This document shows, piece after piece, positions 9,864 through 17,068 of a stretch of DNA of 64,000 bases (positions are counted from its first letter, which is position 1; each line of letters starts with the position of its first letter). The stretch spans positions 984,007 to 1,048,006 of the forward strand of contig JACROE010000002.1 of the NCBI GenBank assembly GCA_016214565.1, read 5' to 3'. The position numbers and the translations under genes are program-made. This DNA comes from Candidatus Kerfeldbacteria bacterium. Its GTDB lineage: Bacteria > Patescibacteriota > Patescibacteriia > UBA10025 > JAHIVO01. The notes beneath the pieces are model-generated. The model searched no databases and was not told the DNA's origin. It saw only the letters and a program-made list of their open reading frames with translations.

Positions 9864-10631
9864 TTACTTTTGCATCAGTGATAAAAGTTTCCGATGTACA
9901 GTCGCATTGTTTGCTGCGATGATTCCTTTGGTTGGGCGATCATAACGTTGTTCGTGGCCATAAAAATCAGTGACTATGCCACCCGCTTCTTCGATAATGA
10001 TTTTTTGGGCAGCGGTATCCCAGGGATTTTTTCCAGGAAAAATATTAGCAATCAGCTGTCCGCTAGCAACCAGCATGCCAAAATACGTAGTGACCACGGC
10101 ATTAATCGCATAAGCGCCATTACGGAAAAGAAGATCATTAACTTTGACCAAATTCATTGGTGCACTGGGCCAGACGACTGATCCGATTACTTTGCGATTG
10201 ATAGTGCGGGACGTTGACACTCGGATGCGCCGGTGGTTGAGAGTAGCGCCTTTGTTTTTCTCTGCATAGTAGAGTCGATCCATAAACGGATCATACAGCG
10301 CGCCAATAATCGGTTCACCATCATGCACTAGTGCTAATGAAAACGTGCTGGTCGGTATGGCATGCGAATAGGGGAGTGTGCCATCTATCGGATCGCACAC
10401 CCAGATGTATTCCGCTTCCTTTCTCAGACTGCCGCCTTCCTCTGCAAGAATACCGTGTGTGGGAAATGATTTACGAATTGAACGAACCACTAACGCATTA
10501 ATCTGTTTGTCGGCAATAGTAATTGGCGTAGAGTCTTTTTTCCAGTCTTTAGTGATTTCATCTGAAAAATGTTTCCGCATAATACCACCGGCTTGGCGGG
10601 CGAGCTTGGTAATAAACGTCTGGTACTGCAT
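9864..10631 (-). CDS. Inositol monophosphatase family protein
   Basis: AEEG, WVCDPIDGT, PWDTAA..IIEEAGG. Confidence 0.92.
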   Translation of the reverse strand: MQYQTFITKLARQAGGIMRKHFSDEITKDWKKDSTPITIADKQINALVVRSIRKSFPTHGILAEEGGSLRKEAEYIWVCDPIDGTLPYSHAIPTSTFSLALVHDGEPIIGALYDPFMDRLYYAEKNKGATLNHRRIRVSTSRTINRKVIGSVVWPSAPMNLVKVNDLLFRNGAYAINAVVTTYFGMLVASGQLIANIFPGKNPWDTAAQKIIIEEAGGIVTDFYGHEQRYDRPTKGIIAANNATVHRKLLSLMQK

Positions 10632-10632
10632 A

Positions 10633-11376
10633 TTATTTCTTTTTGGCCATCACTAGCTTAGTTCGAATGGGTATCGGAATATTTTTTGGGAAACGAGAAA
10701 CAATATGCTTAAGGTCGGCCAGTGCCTGTTTTTTCCGTTTTTCTGATAGCGCGAGATACCACGAAAACGATGTTTGCATCGTTATATACTCTTGGTGGGT
10801 CATATGGAGGTTTCGCTGGTATTCTTTAAGTGTGACATGGGTAAACTGCTTATGCGCCTTGAGCTGTTTAATAATTGCGTCTGCTTTGCCGCCTCGAGCG
10901 CGTGAATACTTCTTATGCAGGCGCAGCGCCATTTTTCCGATGCCGCGGTCGTAATAATTGTAATTCCACATCAAGGCCAACGTGCCGCCTGGTTTAAGCA
11001 GTGCATGTGTTTTACTGAAACGTGTACTCGGTTTAATCCAGTGAAACGTTTGAGCGGAAAATATTAAACCAAACCGGTTTTTGGGGAGCTTAATATTTTC
11101 AAACGGCTTGATAATGTATTTGACTCGTCGATAGCGTTTAAGGTTCCGACGGGCTATAGTTACCAGTCCTATACTAATATCGTTCGCCACATACGCATTG
11201 CCACGCCGAACAAACGGCTCGCTTGCTTTACCCGTGCCAATACCGATTTCGAGGATTGGATCAGATTTCTTGAGTCCTGCATACTGTATTACATCGCGAA
11301 ACATCTGGCTGGGATAATCCAGCCGTGCTTTGTCGTATTGCTCAGGGATGGTGCTAAATGTTTCTTTAAGTTTCAT
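10633..11376 (-). CDS. Class I SAM-dependent methyltransferase
   Basis: YDKARLDYP, LEIGIGTGK, SAQTFHWI, LLKPGG. Confidence 0.9.
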   Translation of the reverse strand: MKLKETFSTIPEQYDKARLDYPSQMFRDVIQYAGLKKSDPILEIGIGTGKASEPFVRRGNAYVANDISIGLVTIARRNLKRYRRVKYIIKPFENIKLPKNRFGLIFSAQTFHWIKPSTRFSKTHALLKPGGTLALMWNYNYYDRGIGKMALRLHKKYSRARGGKADAIIKQLKAHKQFTHVTLKEYQRNLHMTHQEYITMQTSFSWYLALSEKRKKQALADLKHIVSRFPKNIPIPIRTKLVMAKKK

Positions 11377-11394
11377 GGTAATCGAAATGACAGG

Positions 11395-11859
11395 TTAGAA
11401 TTGTTTTTTAAACGCCTTACCGTACACCTTAAATCCCATTTTTTGGTAAAAGGCGTGGGCCCGCGCTAGTTTTTCACCGCTCTTGGTGGTAATCGTCTCA
11501 GCGCCGTTTTCTTTAGCCCAAGCGGTGGCCGCTTTTACGAGTTGCTGTGCTATGCCTTTACCATGATACGCTGGTTGGACAAACATTTCCTCAATCTCAG
11601 CGTAATACGTTCCTGCACGCACGCGGGGAAAACGATAGATAGTTACGATACCGACGTACTGGTCACCATCTTGTGCTAGAAATATCGCACCGCTCTTTGA
11701 CTGAACCACTTCGTCATATACGGTGCCACCTTTGTGTACTGCGTCAGTTGAAACCGCTGTGGTGTTTGGATCTTCTTGGTGCATGACATGCGTCCGGAAT
11801 TCGTCCAGTAATATAAGCGCGGGGGATTTATGTTCTAGTGTCGCTTTGATTATTTGCAT
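11395..11859 (-). CDS. GNAT family N-acetyltransferase
   Basis: FVQPAYHGKGIA acetyl-CoA motif, AHAFYQKMGF. Confidence 0.92.
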   Translation of the reverse strand: MQIIKATLEHKSPALILLDEFRTHVMHQEDPNTTAVSTDAVHKGGTVYDEVVQSKSGAIFLAQDGDQYVGIVTIYRFPRVRAGTYYAEIEEMFVQPAYHGKGIAQQLVKAATAWAKENGAETITTKSGEKLARAHAFYQKMGFKVYGKAFKKQF

Positions 11860-11872
11860 ACATGTTTCTATT

Positions 11873-11933
11873 TGTCATTCCGGACTTGATCCGGAATCTG
11901 AGCTACAGACCCTGAATCAAGTTCAGGGTGACA
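11873..11933. repeat. REP/RPE-like inverted doublet palindrome
   Basis: TGTCATTCCGGACTTGATCCGGAATC-N9-GACCCTGAATCAAGTTCAGGGTGACA; each half is a hairpin and the halves are imperfect inverted copies. Confidence 0.8.
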
Positions 11934-11948
11934 GGAGTTGGTGGTGTA

Positions 11949-12254
11949 TTAAATTAGCACTTGTATTTTATACGTTATGACATCACCCTCACTAAAGTTT
12001 TCCGCTTTCCGTACATCTTTCTTCAGTGGCAGCATATATTGTCCAGCTTTACTTTCTGGAAAAATCGATGTTTTCCACGTCGTTTTACCAATCGTTACTT
12101 TCACGGGCAATGATCCAAATCCACCCGTCAGCCCGTGGTACAGCTTTCTGATTCCCGTCGACTTGTCCTTGGGTAAGCTCACGAAGTGCCAAGCGCCTTC
12201 GCCTTGCCACACCCACACTTTCCCTTTGAATTTATATATTGTGTTTGAAGTCAT
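11949..12254 (-). CDS. DUF1905 family protein
   Basis: AWHFVSLP, GFGSLPVKVTIG.TTWKTSIFP, YMLPLKKDVRKAE; ATG at 12254. Confidence 0.85.
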   Translation of the reverse strand: MTSNTIYKFKGKVWVWQGEGAWHFVSLPKDKSTGIRKLYHGLTGGFGSLPVKVTIGKTTWKTSIFPESKAGQYMLPLKKDVRKAENFSEGDVITYKIQVLI

Positions 12255-12261
12255 TAGTGCA

Positions 12262-12345
12262 GCAATTTCTAATTCCAAATATCTAATTTCTAATCAATGT
12301 TCAAATGTCTAAATCAGAATTTAGTAATTAGAAATTATTAATTAT
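12262..12345. repeat. AT-rich degenerate heptad repeat with internal inverted symmetry
   Basis: caatttc-taattcc-aaatatc-taatttc-taatcaa... and TAATTTCTAAT versus ATTAGAAATTA. Confidence 0.55.
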
Positions 12346-12407
12346 TCATTCTACCAATGTGTAAACAGTAGGGGATGGCATTTTTTCAAAATCAAATAAT
12401 TACTAAT

Positions 12408-13322
12408 TTAATTAAACTTTTTATATTGATTAATTGATTTCTCCCCCATGCAAAGTTCAAGAAAGTATTCCTCAATCACTGAGTTCTCTTTTGAAGTAAA
12501 AATAGTAAATAAATTTTCGTTTCTTTCATCACGAAGAATTTTCAAAATCGATGCCCTTAAAATGTACGTTGCCGTTTTAATATATTCATCAGTTTTTTCA
12601 AGATACTTTGAAACATCATTACCGTGGAGTAAAAAACTTCGGAATGTGTAAAGTTTTTTTACCTCCTTTACTAATTCAATGCGTTTATTTGCGTCTTTTA
12701 TTAATGGATGAAGAAACCAAGCAACTCGGGTAGCAATTTTATTTGAGACTTCAATATTGTCAGATGTATATAAACTCTCTAATGCGGTAACCAGGTTAAT
12801 AATTGAGTCAGTTATCGATGTTGTCCATCTAGAGTGCTCAACAAAGTCAATGGTGTTCCTTAGTCTAGAATACTCTTTCCCGGAGTATAGTTGGCTAACT
12901 TTTTTCCATGTTTTTGAAAGTAAATCTAAATCTCTGTGATTAATGATAGGTTTTGGTTCAGCTACTTTTTCGTGAATATACGGATTTATGCCTTTAGCAA
13001 TTGGAAATGACAAAAATGTATTAGTATTTTTTTCGTATATATACAATCCAGAAATTTTTGCAGTATTTGGGTGTATTATTCTTAATATTGCAATAACCCT
13101 ACCAACATCTTTTAATTCTGAGATAAAATCATTTGGGTCATGGTTCACATATTTACGATGAATTGCAATATTTATATAATTGGTGTCAATGTAATTTGCA
13201 TTTATCATCTTACGCCAGTATTCTTCTTTTGTTGGATTAACAATTAAATTCTCACCAACCTTTGTCGGTAGAGCACTATTATTTATTAACAAGTTTTTGA
13301 TCAGATATATCCTACTTGTCAT
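12408..13322 (-). CDS. HEPN domain protein (Apea-like), putative RNase
   Basis: LVTALESLY...KKLYTFRSFLLHG (RxxxxH); markedly AT-rich; ATG overlaps the xer stop (TAATG). Confidence 0.8.
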   Translation of the reverse strand: MTSRIYLIKNLLINNSALPTKVGENLIVNPTKEEYWRKMINANYIDTNYINIAIHRKYVNHDPNDFISELKDVGRVIAILRIIHPNTAKISGLYIYEKNTNTFLSFPIAKGINPYIHEKVAEPKPIINHRDLDLLSKTWKKVSQLYSGKEYSRLRNTIDFVEHSRWTTSITDSIINLVTALESLYTSDNIEVSNKIATRVAWFLHPLIKDANKRIELVKEVKKLYTFRSFLLHGNDVSKYLEKTDEYIKTATYILRASILKILRDERNENLFTIFTSKENSVIEEYFLELCMGEKSINQYKKFN

Positions 13323-14278
13323 TATTTTTCCAACGGATGATATTTTTTATGCGTCTTTTCGGCGTAACGATCGGAAGCGTTTACGTAGCGGGTAGTGGTA
13401 TCGAGTGACTCATGGCCAAGCAGGATTTGGATAGCGGCTGGGTTGGCACCGGACTCGGCGAGGTATGTGGCGAAGCCATGACGAAGACTATGCGCTGAGG
13501 TGGGCACATTGATCTGCAATGCTTCACGATACTCTTTTATTTTCATCTGGATATAGTCAGGTGAGATACGCGTGTCAGAACCGGACTTGGTATGGCGGCC
13601 GCGGTAGGGGATAAAGAGCGCGGGAAATTTATCATTTCGCGTAGCGAGATATTCTTGGATGTGCCGCTTCCCTCGATCAGTGAGATAGACGAAGCGTTGC
13701 TTGCGTCCTTTTCCTTCAATGAAAATTCTACCCGTGGCATCGATCTGGTTCTTGTTTAAGGATATCAATTCTGAGATACGCATACCAGTGGCAAATAAGA
13801 CCTCAAGGATGGCTCGGTTGCGTAGTGCTACCTTCTTATCCTTCTTCTCAGCAATGGTCGGATATTCGATCAATCGGACAATATCTGCCAATTCTGCTAC
13901 CTGGGGGTGGGTTTTAGCTGTTTTGGTTAATTTCACCATTTGGGGGTTTATGGGGCATTCGTAGTCATTATCGATTAAAAACCTCAAATATGTGCGAAAA
14001 CTGGATAACATTCGATTAATTGAGTAAGAATTGAGCCTTTTAGGGGCTGTTTGGCCACTGGCGGTGTTCCTGTCGCGTGACACTAAATAGGCCTTGTACA
14101 GCTCAATATCGCGCCTCTGGAGGCCTGTGAAGGGCTTGGAGGACTCTTCCTGCAGCCATACCAGGAATACCCCCAAATCCCGTTCATAGTTGTATATGGT
14201 CTTTTCGGAGTAGCTATTGGTCTGGAGGTTCAATAGGAAGTCATCCAGATGGGGTAGTTGGTTCTTTTGTTTGGGCAT
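13322..14278 (-). CDS. Xer-family tyrosine recombinase
   Basis: N-terminal SAM-like domain; GMRISEL (R), GKGRKQR (K), HSLRH (HxxR), LLGH (H), TTTRY (Y). Confidence 0.95.
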   Translation of the reverse strand: MPKQKNQLPHLDDFLLNLQTNSYSEKTIYNYERDLGVFLVWLQEESSKPFTGLQRRDIELYKAYLVSRDRNTASGQTAPKRLNSYSINRMLSSFRTYLRFLIDNDYECPINPQMVKLTKTAKTHPQVAELADIVRLIEYPTIAEKKDKKVALRNRAILEVLFATGMRISELISLNKNQIDATGRIFIEGKGRKQRFVYLTDRGKRHIQEYLATRNDKFPALFIPYRGRHTKSGSDTRISPDYIQMKIKEYREALQINVPTSAHSLRHGFATYLAESGANPAAIQILLGHESLDTTTRYVNASDRYAEKTHKKYHPLEK

Positions 14279-14303
14279 AAATGATTATAGTTGCCGCTTG
14301 TTG

Positions 14304-14346
14304 CCTGACTGCGTCAGGAGATTCTTCGTATTAACTCAGAATGACA
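14304..14346 (-). repeat. Single REP-like palindrome plus a small hairpin in the xer leader
   Basis: - strand TGTCATTCTGAGTTAATACGAAGAATCT shares its TGTCATTC start and GAATC end with the 11873 element; followed by CCTGAC-gca-GTCAGG. Confidence 0.55.
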
Positions 14347-14389
14347 AGGGTGATGTAGCTATTAATAGGGTATATTATAGGCCTATTTG

Positions 14390-14417
14390 ATTCGGTGTAA
14401 GAGATATTATACCGAGT
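14390..14417. other. Putative dif-like Xer recombination site (11-6-11)
   Basis: ATTCGGTGTAA-GAGATA-TTATACCGAGT; arms are inverted repeats matching at 9/11, with the TAA-N6-TTA core; about 110 bp upstream of xer. Confidence 0.8.
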
Positions 14418-14426
14418 AACATATCC

Positions 14427-14454
14427 ATTGTAGCATATACCAAAAACAGGTCAA
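14427..14454 (-). promoter_or_regulatory. xer promoter
   Basis: TTGACC-N16-TACAAT with TG extension. Confidence 0.6.
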
Positions 14455-14504
14455 ACCGTGATTTTGAGAATTATCTTTCAGTAAACTAGTTCGTTCCTCA
14501 TACC

Positions 14505-14533
14505 TTGACAAGTGTAGTTTATTTGCCTATTAT
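14505..14533 (+). promoter_or_regulatory. Divergent promoter for the YdcF-like gene
   Basis: TTGACA-N17-TATTAT. Confidence 0.65.
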
Positions 14534-14583
14534 GTCGGGAATAAATATCGTACATAGAACAATTTAACTACTGGAGGTTTTCA

Positions 14584-15252
14584 TTGATACCCAGAGAAAT
14601 AGATGCAACTCCTGAGGACTTTCTGACCTCAACCGTCCTGACACTGCTTAATATGTCAGGACGCTTCATCTCCCAGGCTGATACACTTATCGTCTTCCCT
14701 GGCTTTGGTGGCCCTGGAATGATGGGTAATGCTATTACCCTTTTCCATGAAAACGCGAATTTTAAGCGTTTAATCGTGGGAGGCATTCATCCCAAACTTA
14801 TCGATGATAATGTTGGTACATATGCACTGCTGCATCCTGAGGTTCTGGCTCGTGATCCCTATTCGTTCGTGCCGCCGACGCAGGTATTTACCCAGGTATG
14901 TGCTGAGCATACCAAAGATCAGGCAAATTGGATTGCCCGGCAGTGCTTTGAGCAAAGCGTAACATCGGCAGTATTGATTGCCGCGCCGTTTCACCTGACA
15001 CGAGCGTACTTAACCACTCTTAGCTCACTGCACAATGTCGGCTGTACCGATGATGATCTTCTGCTCATTCCTCACGCCGCTTCGGCGCCTATGACTAAAG
15101 TCTTTCCTGACTTTGGACTCAGCCAGTGGATTCTTCTCGCCGGAGAGCTGCGGCGCATCCGAGCGTATCAGGAAAAGGGTGACATTATCCCTGATAAGAC
15201 TATCAAGGAGTACCTTACCTGGCTCGAGCAGCAACTTGGTTTCGCAATCTAA
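14584..15252 (+). CDS. YdcF/DUF218 (ElyC/SanA-like) family protein
   Basis: AEHTKDQA and AAPFHLTRAY motifs; GGAGG SD before TTG. Confidence 0.65.
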   Translation: MIPREIDATPEDFLTSTVLTLLNMSGRFISQADTLIVFPGFGGPGMMGNAITLFHENANFKRLIVGGIHPKLIDDNVGTYALLHPEVLARDPYSFVPPTQVFTQVCAEHTKDQANWIARQCFEQSVTSAVLIAAPFHLTRAYLTTLSSLHNVGCTDDDLLLIPHAASAPMTKVFPDFGLSQWILLAGELRRIRAYQEKGDIIPDKTIKEYLTWLEQQLGFAI

Positions 15253-15270
15253 TTGTAACCATACGACTCC

Positions 15271-15314
15271 CCCGCCATTTTCAATTATTTGAGAGTGGCG
15301 GGATTTTATTTTTT
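15271..15314 (+). terminator. Intrinsic terminator
   Basis: CCCGCCATTTTCAA...TTGAGAGTGGCGGG followed by a T-rich run. Confidence 0.75.
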
Positions 15315-15324
15315 ATTAGTTATA

Positions 15325-15362
15325 AAAAAACCGTTGCCATATGGATATATACAACAACGGTT
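15325..15362 (-). terminator. Intrinsic terminator
   Basis: AAACCGTTG...CAACGGTTT with a T-run on - strand. Confidence 0.65.
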
Positions 15363-15384
15363 TGTCCTGTAGCGCATGATGCGC

Positions 15385-15714
15385 TCAACGCCTAAATTTC
15401 TCAGCCACCGATGGAATAACATCACTTACCTTCACGATTTTACCAGGTTTGATATTGAGCTCGACGTCTTTGTTGTCCCAGTTTCCATCTGAGACAATGT
15501 TACGCGCACAAAGTACGATGGTCTTGAGTGCGCTTATTATCTCAGTGCGATCTTGCTGATTGCCAAAATCAACATTGAGCAATAATGATCCAGCGGCGTC
15601 GCGAATCGAACCGTGATACCGATGATCAGGCATGGGACCCCAGGCGTAAAAATAGGTGGACTGTTGGGCGACCTGGACAACCTGGGACGGTGGCAAGCTG
15701 AGTTTAATGTGCAT
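15385..15714 (-). CDS. Hypothetical protein
   Basis: GGAGG SD 6 nt before ATG 15714; promoter TTGACA-N17-TAGCAT at 15771-15799. Confidence 0.65.
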   Translation of the reverse strand: MHIKLSLPPSQVVQVAQQSTYFYAWGPMPDHRYHGSIRDAAGSLLLNVDFGNQQDRTEIISALKTIVLCARNIVSDGNWDNKDVELNIKPGKIVKVSDVIPSVAEKFRR

Positions 15715-15773
15715 GTGCAACCTCCATGTGTCTAAAGAGCCTAACGAAATGCGGAAGTGGGTACATCTTCATG

Positions 15774-16127
15774 CTACGACTCGCCCACCTCATTGTCAAT
15801 TGAAATAAAGAAGGCCAGCGTGATGCCGGCCTCCTGAGGTAGTATCAGACGTGATGTCTGCGTACCGTTATTGAGATTGCGCTGAATATTATCCCAGCGC
15901 GGGATGATGAATGTGGCTGCGGCAGCCAGGATCAAGGCAAGACCAGCCCACATGCAAATCTGCTGGAAATTTCGAACACGGTTATACTTGTGTTCAGCCA
16001 TTTCCGGAGTTTCTTTGCTGTACGCAAATCGATGCATGCCGCTTTTGGGTTCCTTGAATCCTTGTGCTATCAAGGCACAAAAAAACATGAATCCCGCTGC
16101 ACATAAAACGTATAACGCGGCGTCCAT
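15774..16127 (-). CDS. Hypothetical two-TM membrane protein (3' end uncertain)
   Basis: Two hydrophobic segments, SD GGAGG; 3' part runs through a terminator-like hairpin and the next promoter. Confidence 0.55.
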   Translation of the reverse strand: MDAALYVLCAAGFMFFCALIAQGFKEPKSGMHRFAYSKETPEMAEHKYNRVRNFQQICMWAGLALILAAAATFIIPRWDNIQRNLNNGTQTSRLILPQEAGITLAFFISIDNEVGES

Positions 16128-16186
16128 AAATCACCTGCCTCCTTTAAACGGGTTTTTGCTCCAATTCAAGGAGCTTGTTTGTATTT

Positions 16187-16438
16187 TTATTTGCTTTTGA
16201 CGACGTCTATTGAGCAATTCGTCAGTAATGCAGCTAAAGCTCCAACAGCTGCTAACATGGGCAATATAATCGTCCCGACTGAAGCAAAGCTTACCGGTAT
16301 TTCCAATATTTGATTCCCTTTGTCGTCTTTGATGATCAGCTTGCGAACGTTTGCTTCGTGCACCAGCTTCTTCACTGTTTCTACGAGTTGTTCGCCCGTT
16401 ACCTTAATTTCTTCTTTAAAAGTTTTTTCGTCAGTCAT
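16187..16438 (-). CDS. DUF4342 family protein
   Basis: LVETVKKLVHEANVRKLIIK...LEIPV...P.LAAVGALAALLTNCSI. Confidence 0.85.
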   Translation of the reverse strand: MTDEKTFKEEIKVTGEQLVETVKKLVHEANVRKLIIKDDKGNQILEIPVSFASVGTIILPMLAAVGALAALLTNCSIDVVKSK

Positions 16439-16649
16439 ATTGGTAATTAATAATGATTCTTTTTTTGTGTTTTGCTGCGCCTTCGTTAGTTTCAGTATAG
16501 CAAATTTAATGTTTTGTTACTTGATAATATATTTATAAATATTAATAAAACGCCCTTTTTTGCTAAATAATTAAGCTATTTTATTTTGGCTAATATTAGC
16601 CTTCAATTAGCTCTTTTAAGCTGGTAAGTATATTTTATGCCCATAAACA

Positions 16650-16678
16650 TTGGCTCAAATGCGTTTTCGTGCTATACT
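16650..16678 (+). promoter_or_regulatory. HU gene promoter
   Basis: TTGGCT-N17-TATACT with TG extension; AT-rich upstream region. Confidence 0.55.
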
Positions 16679-16727
16679 ACCCATTGATAAGTTCATTGGC
16701 AATTTTACCATTAACGGTACAAATACC

Positions 16728-17009
16728 ATGGCAAAGATGACCAAATCTCAGCTCATGGCACATCTCTCAGAGAAGTCCGGCCTCTCCAAAAAAGAGGTTA
16801 CCAGTATGATGGACCTTCTCGTCGAGACTGCTTATGGCGAGGTCAAGTCCTCTGGTGAATTCACCGTTCCCGGCTTAGGGAAATTGGTGAAGAAACACCG
16901 CGCAGCACGGTCTGGCCGCAATCCGGCGACTGGTGCAACGATCCAAATTCCGGCCAAAACGGTCGTGAAGTTCCGCGTTGCGAAAGCTGCAAAGGAAGCT
17001 ATTCTCTAA
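16728..17009 (+). CDS. hup: HU family DNA-binding protein
   Basis: MTKSQL...PGLGKL..KHRAARSGRNPATGATIQIPAK.VVKFR. Confidence 0.95.
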   Translation: MAKMTKSQLMAHLSEKSGLSKKEVTSMMDLLVETAYGEVKSSGEFTVPGLGKLVKKHRAARSGRNPATGATIQIPAKTVVKFRVAKAAKEAIL

Positions 17010-17027
17010 GATCCAATAGAGAACAAC

Positions 17028-17059
17028 AAAAAAGACTTGCATGATTGCGAGTCTTTTTT
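17028..17059. terminator. Bidirectional intrinsic terminator
   Basis: AAAAAAGACTTGC-atgatt-GCGAGTCTTTTTT. Confidence 0.85.
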
Positions 17060-17068
17060 GTATTGCGA

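Noticed and set aside
13322-14278. Classical integron integrase (IntI) or prophage integrase
   Set aside because: No IntI-specific insertion between the catalytic motifs, no RYYYAAC/GTTRRRY attC sites recognised, and no phage genes or tRNA att site.
16439-16727. AT-rich intergenic region as a possible oriC
   Set aside because: No DnaA boxes seen; explained by divergent promoters for DUF4342 and HU, and gene orientation suggests the terminus instead.
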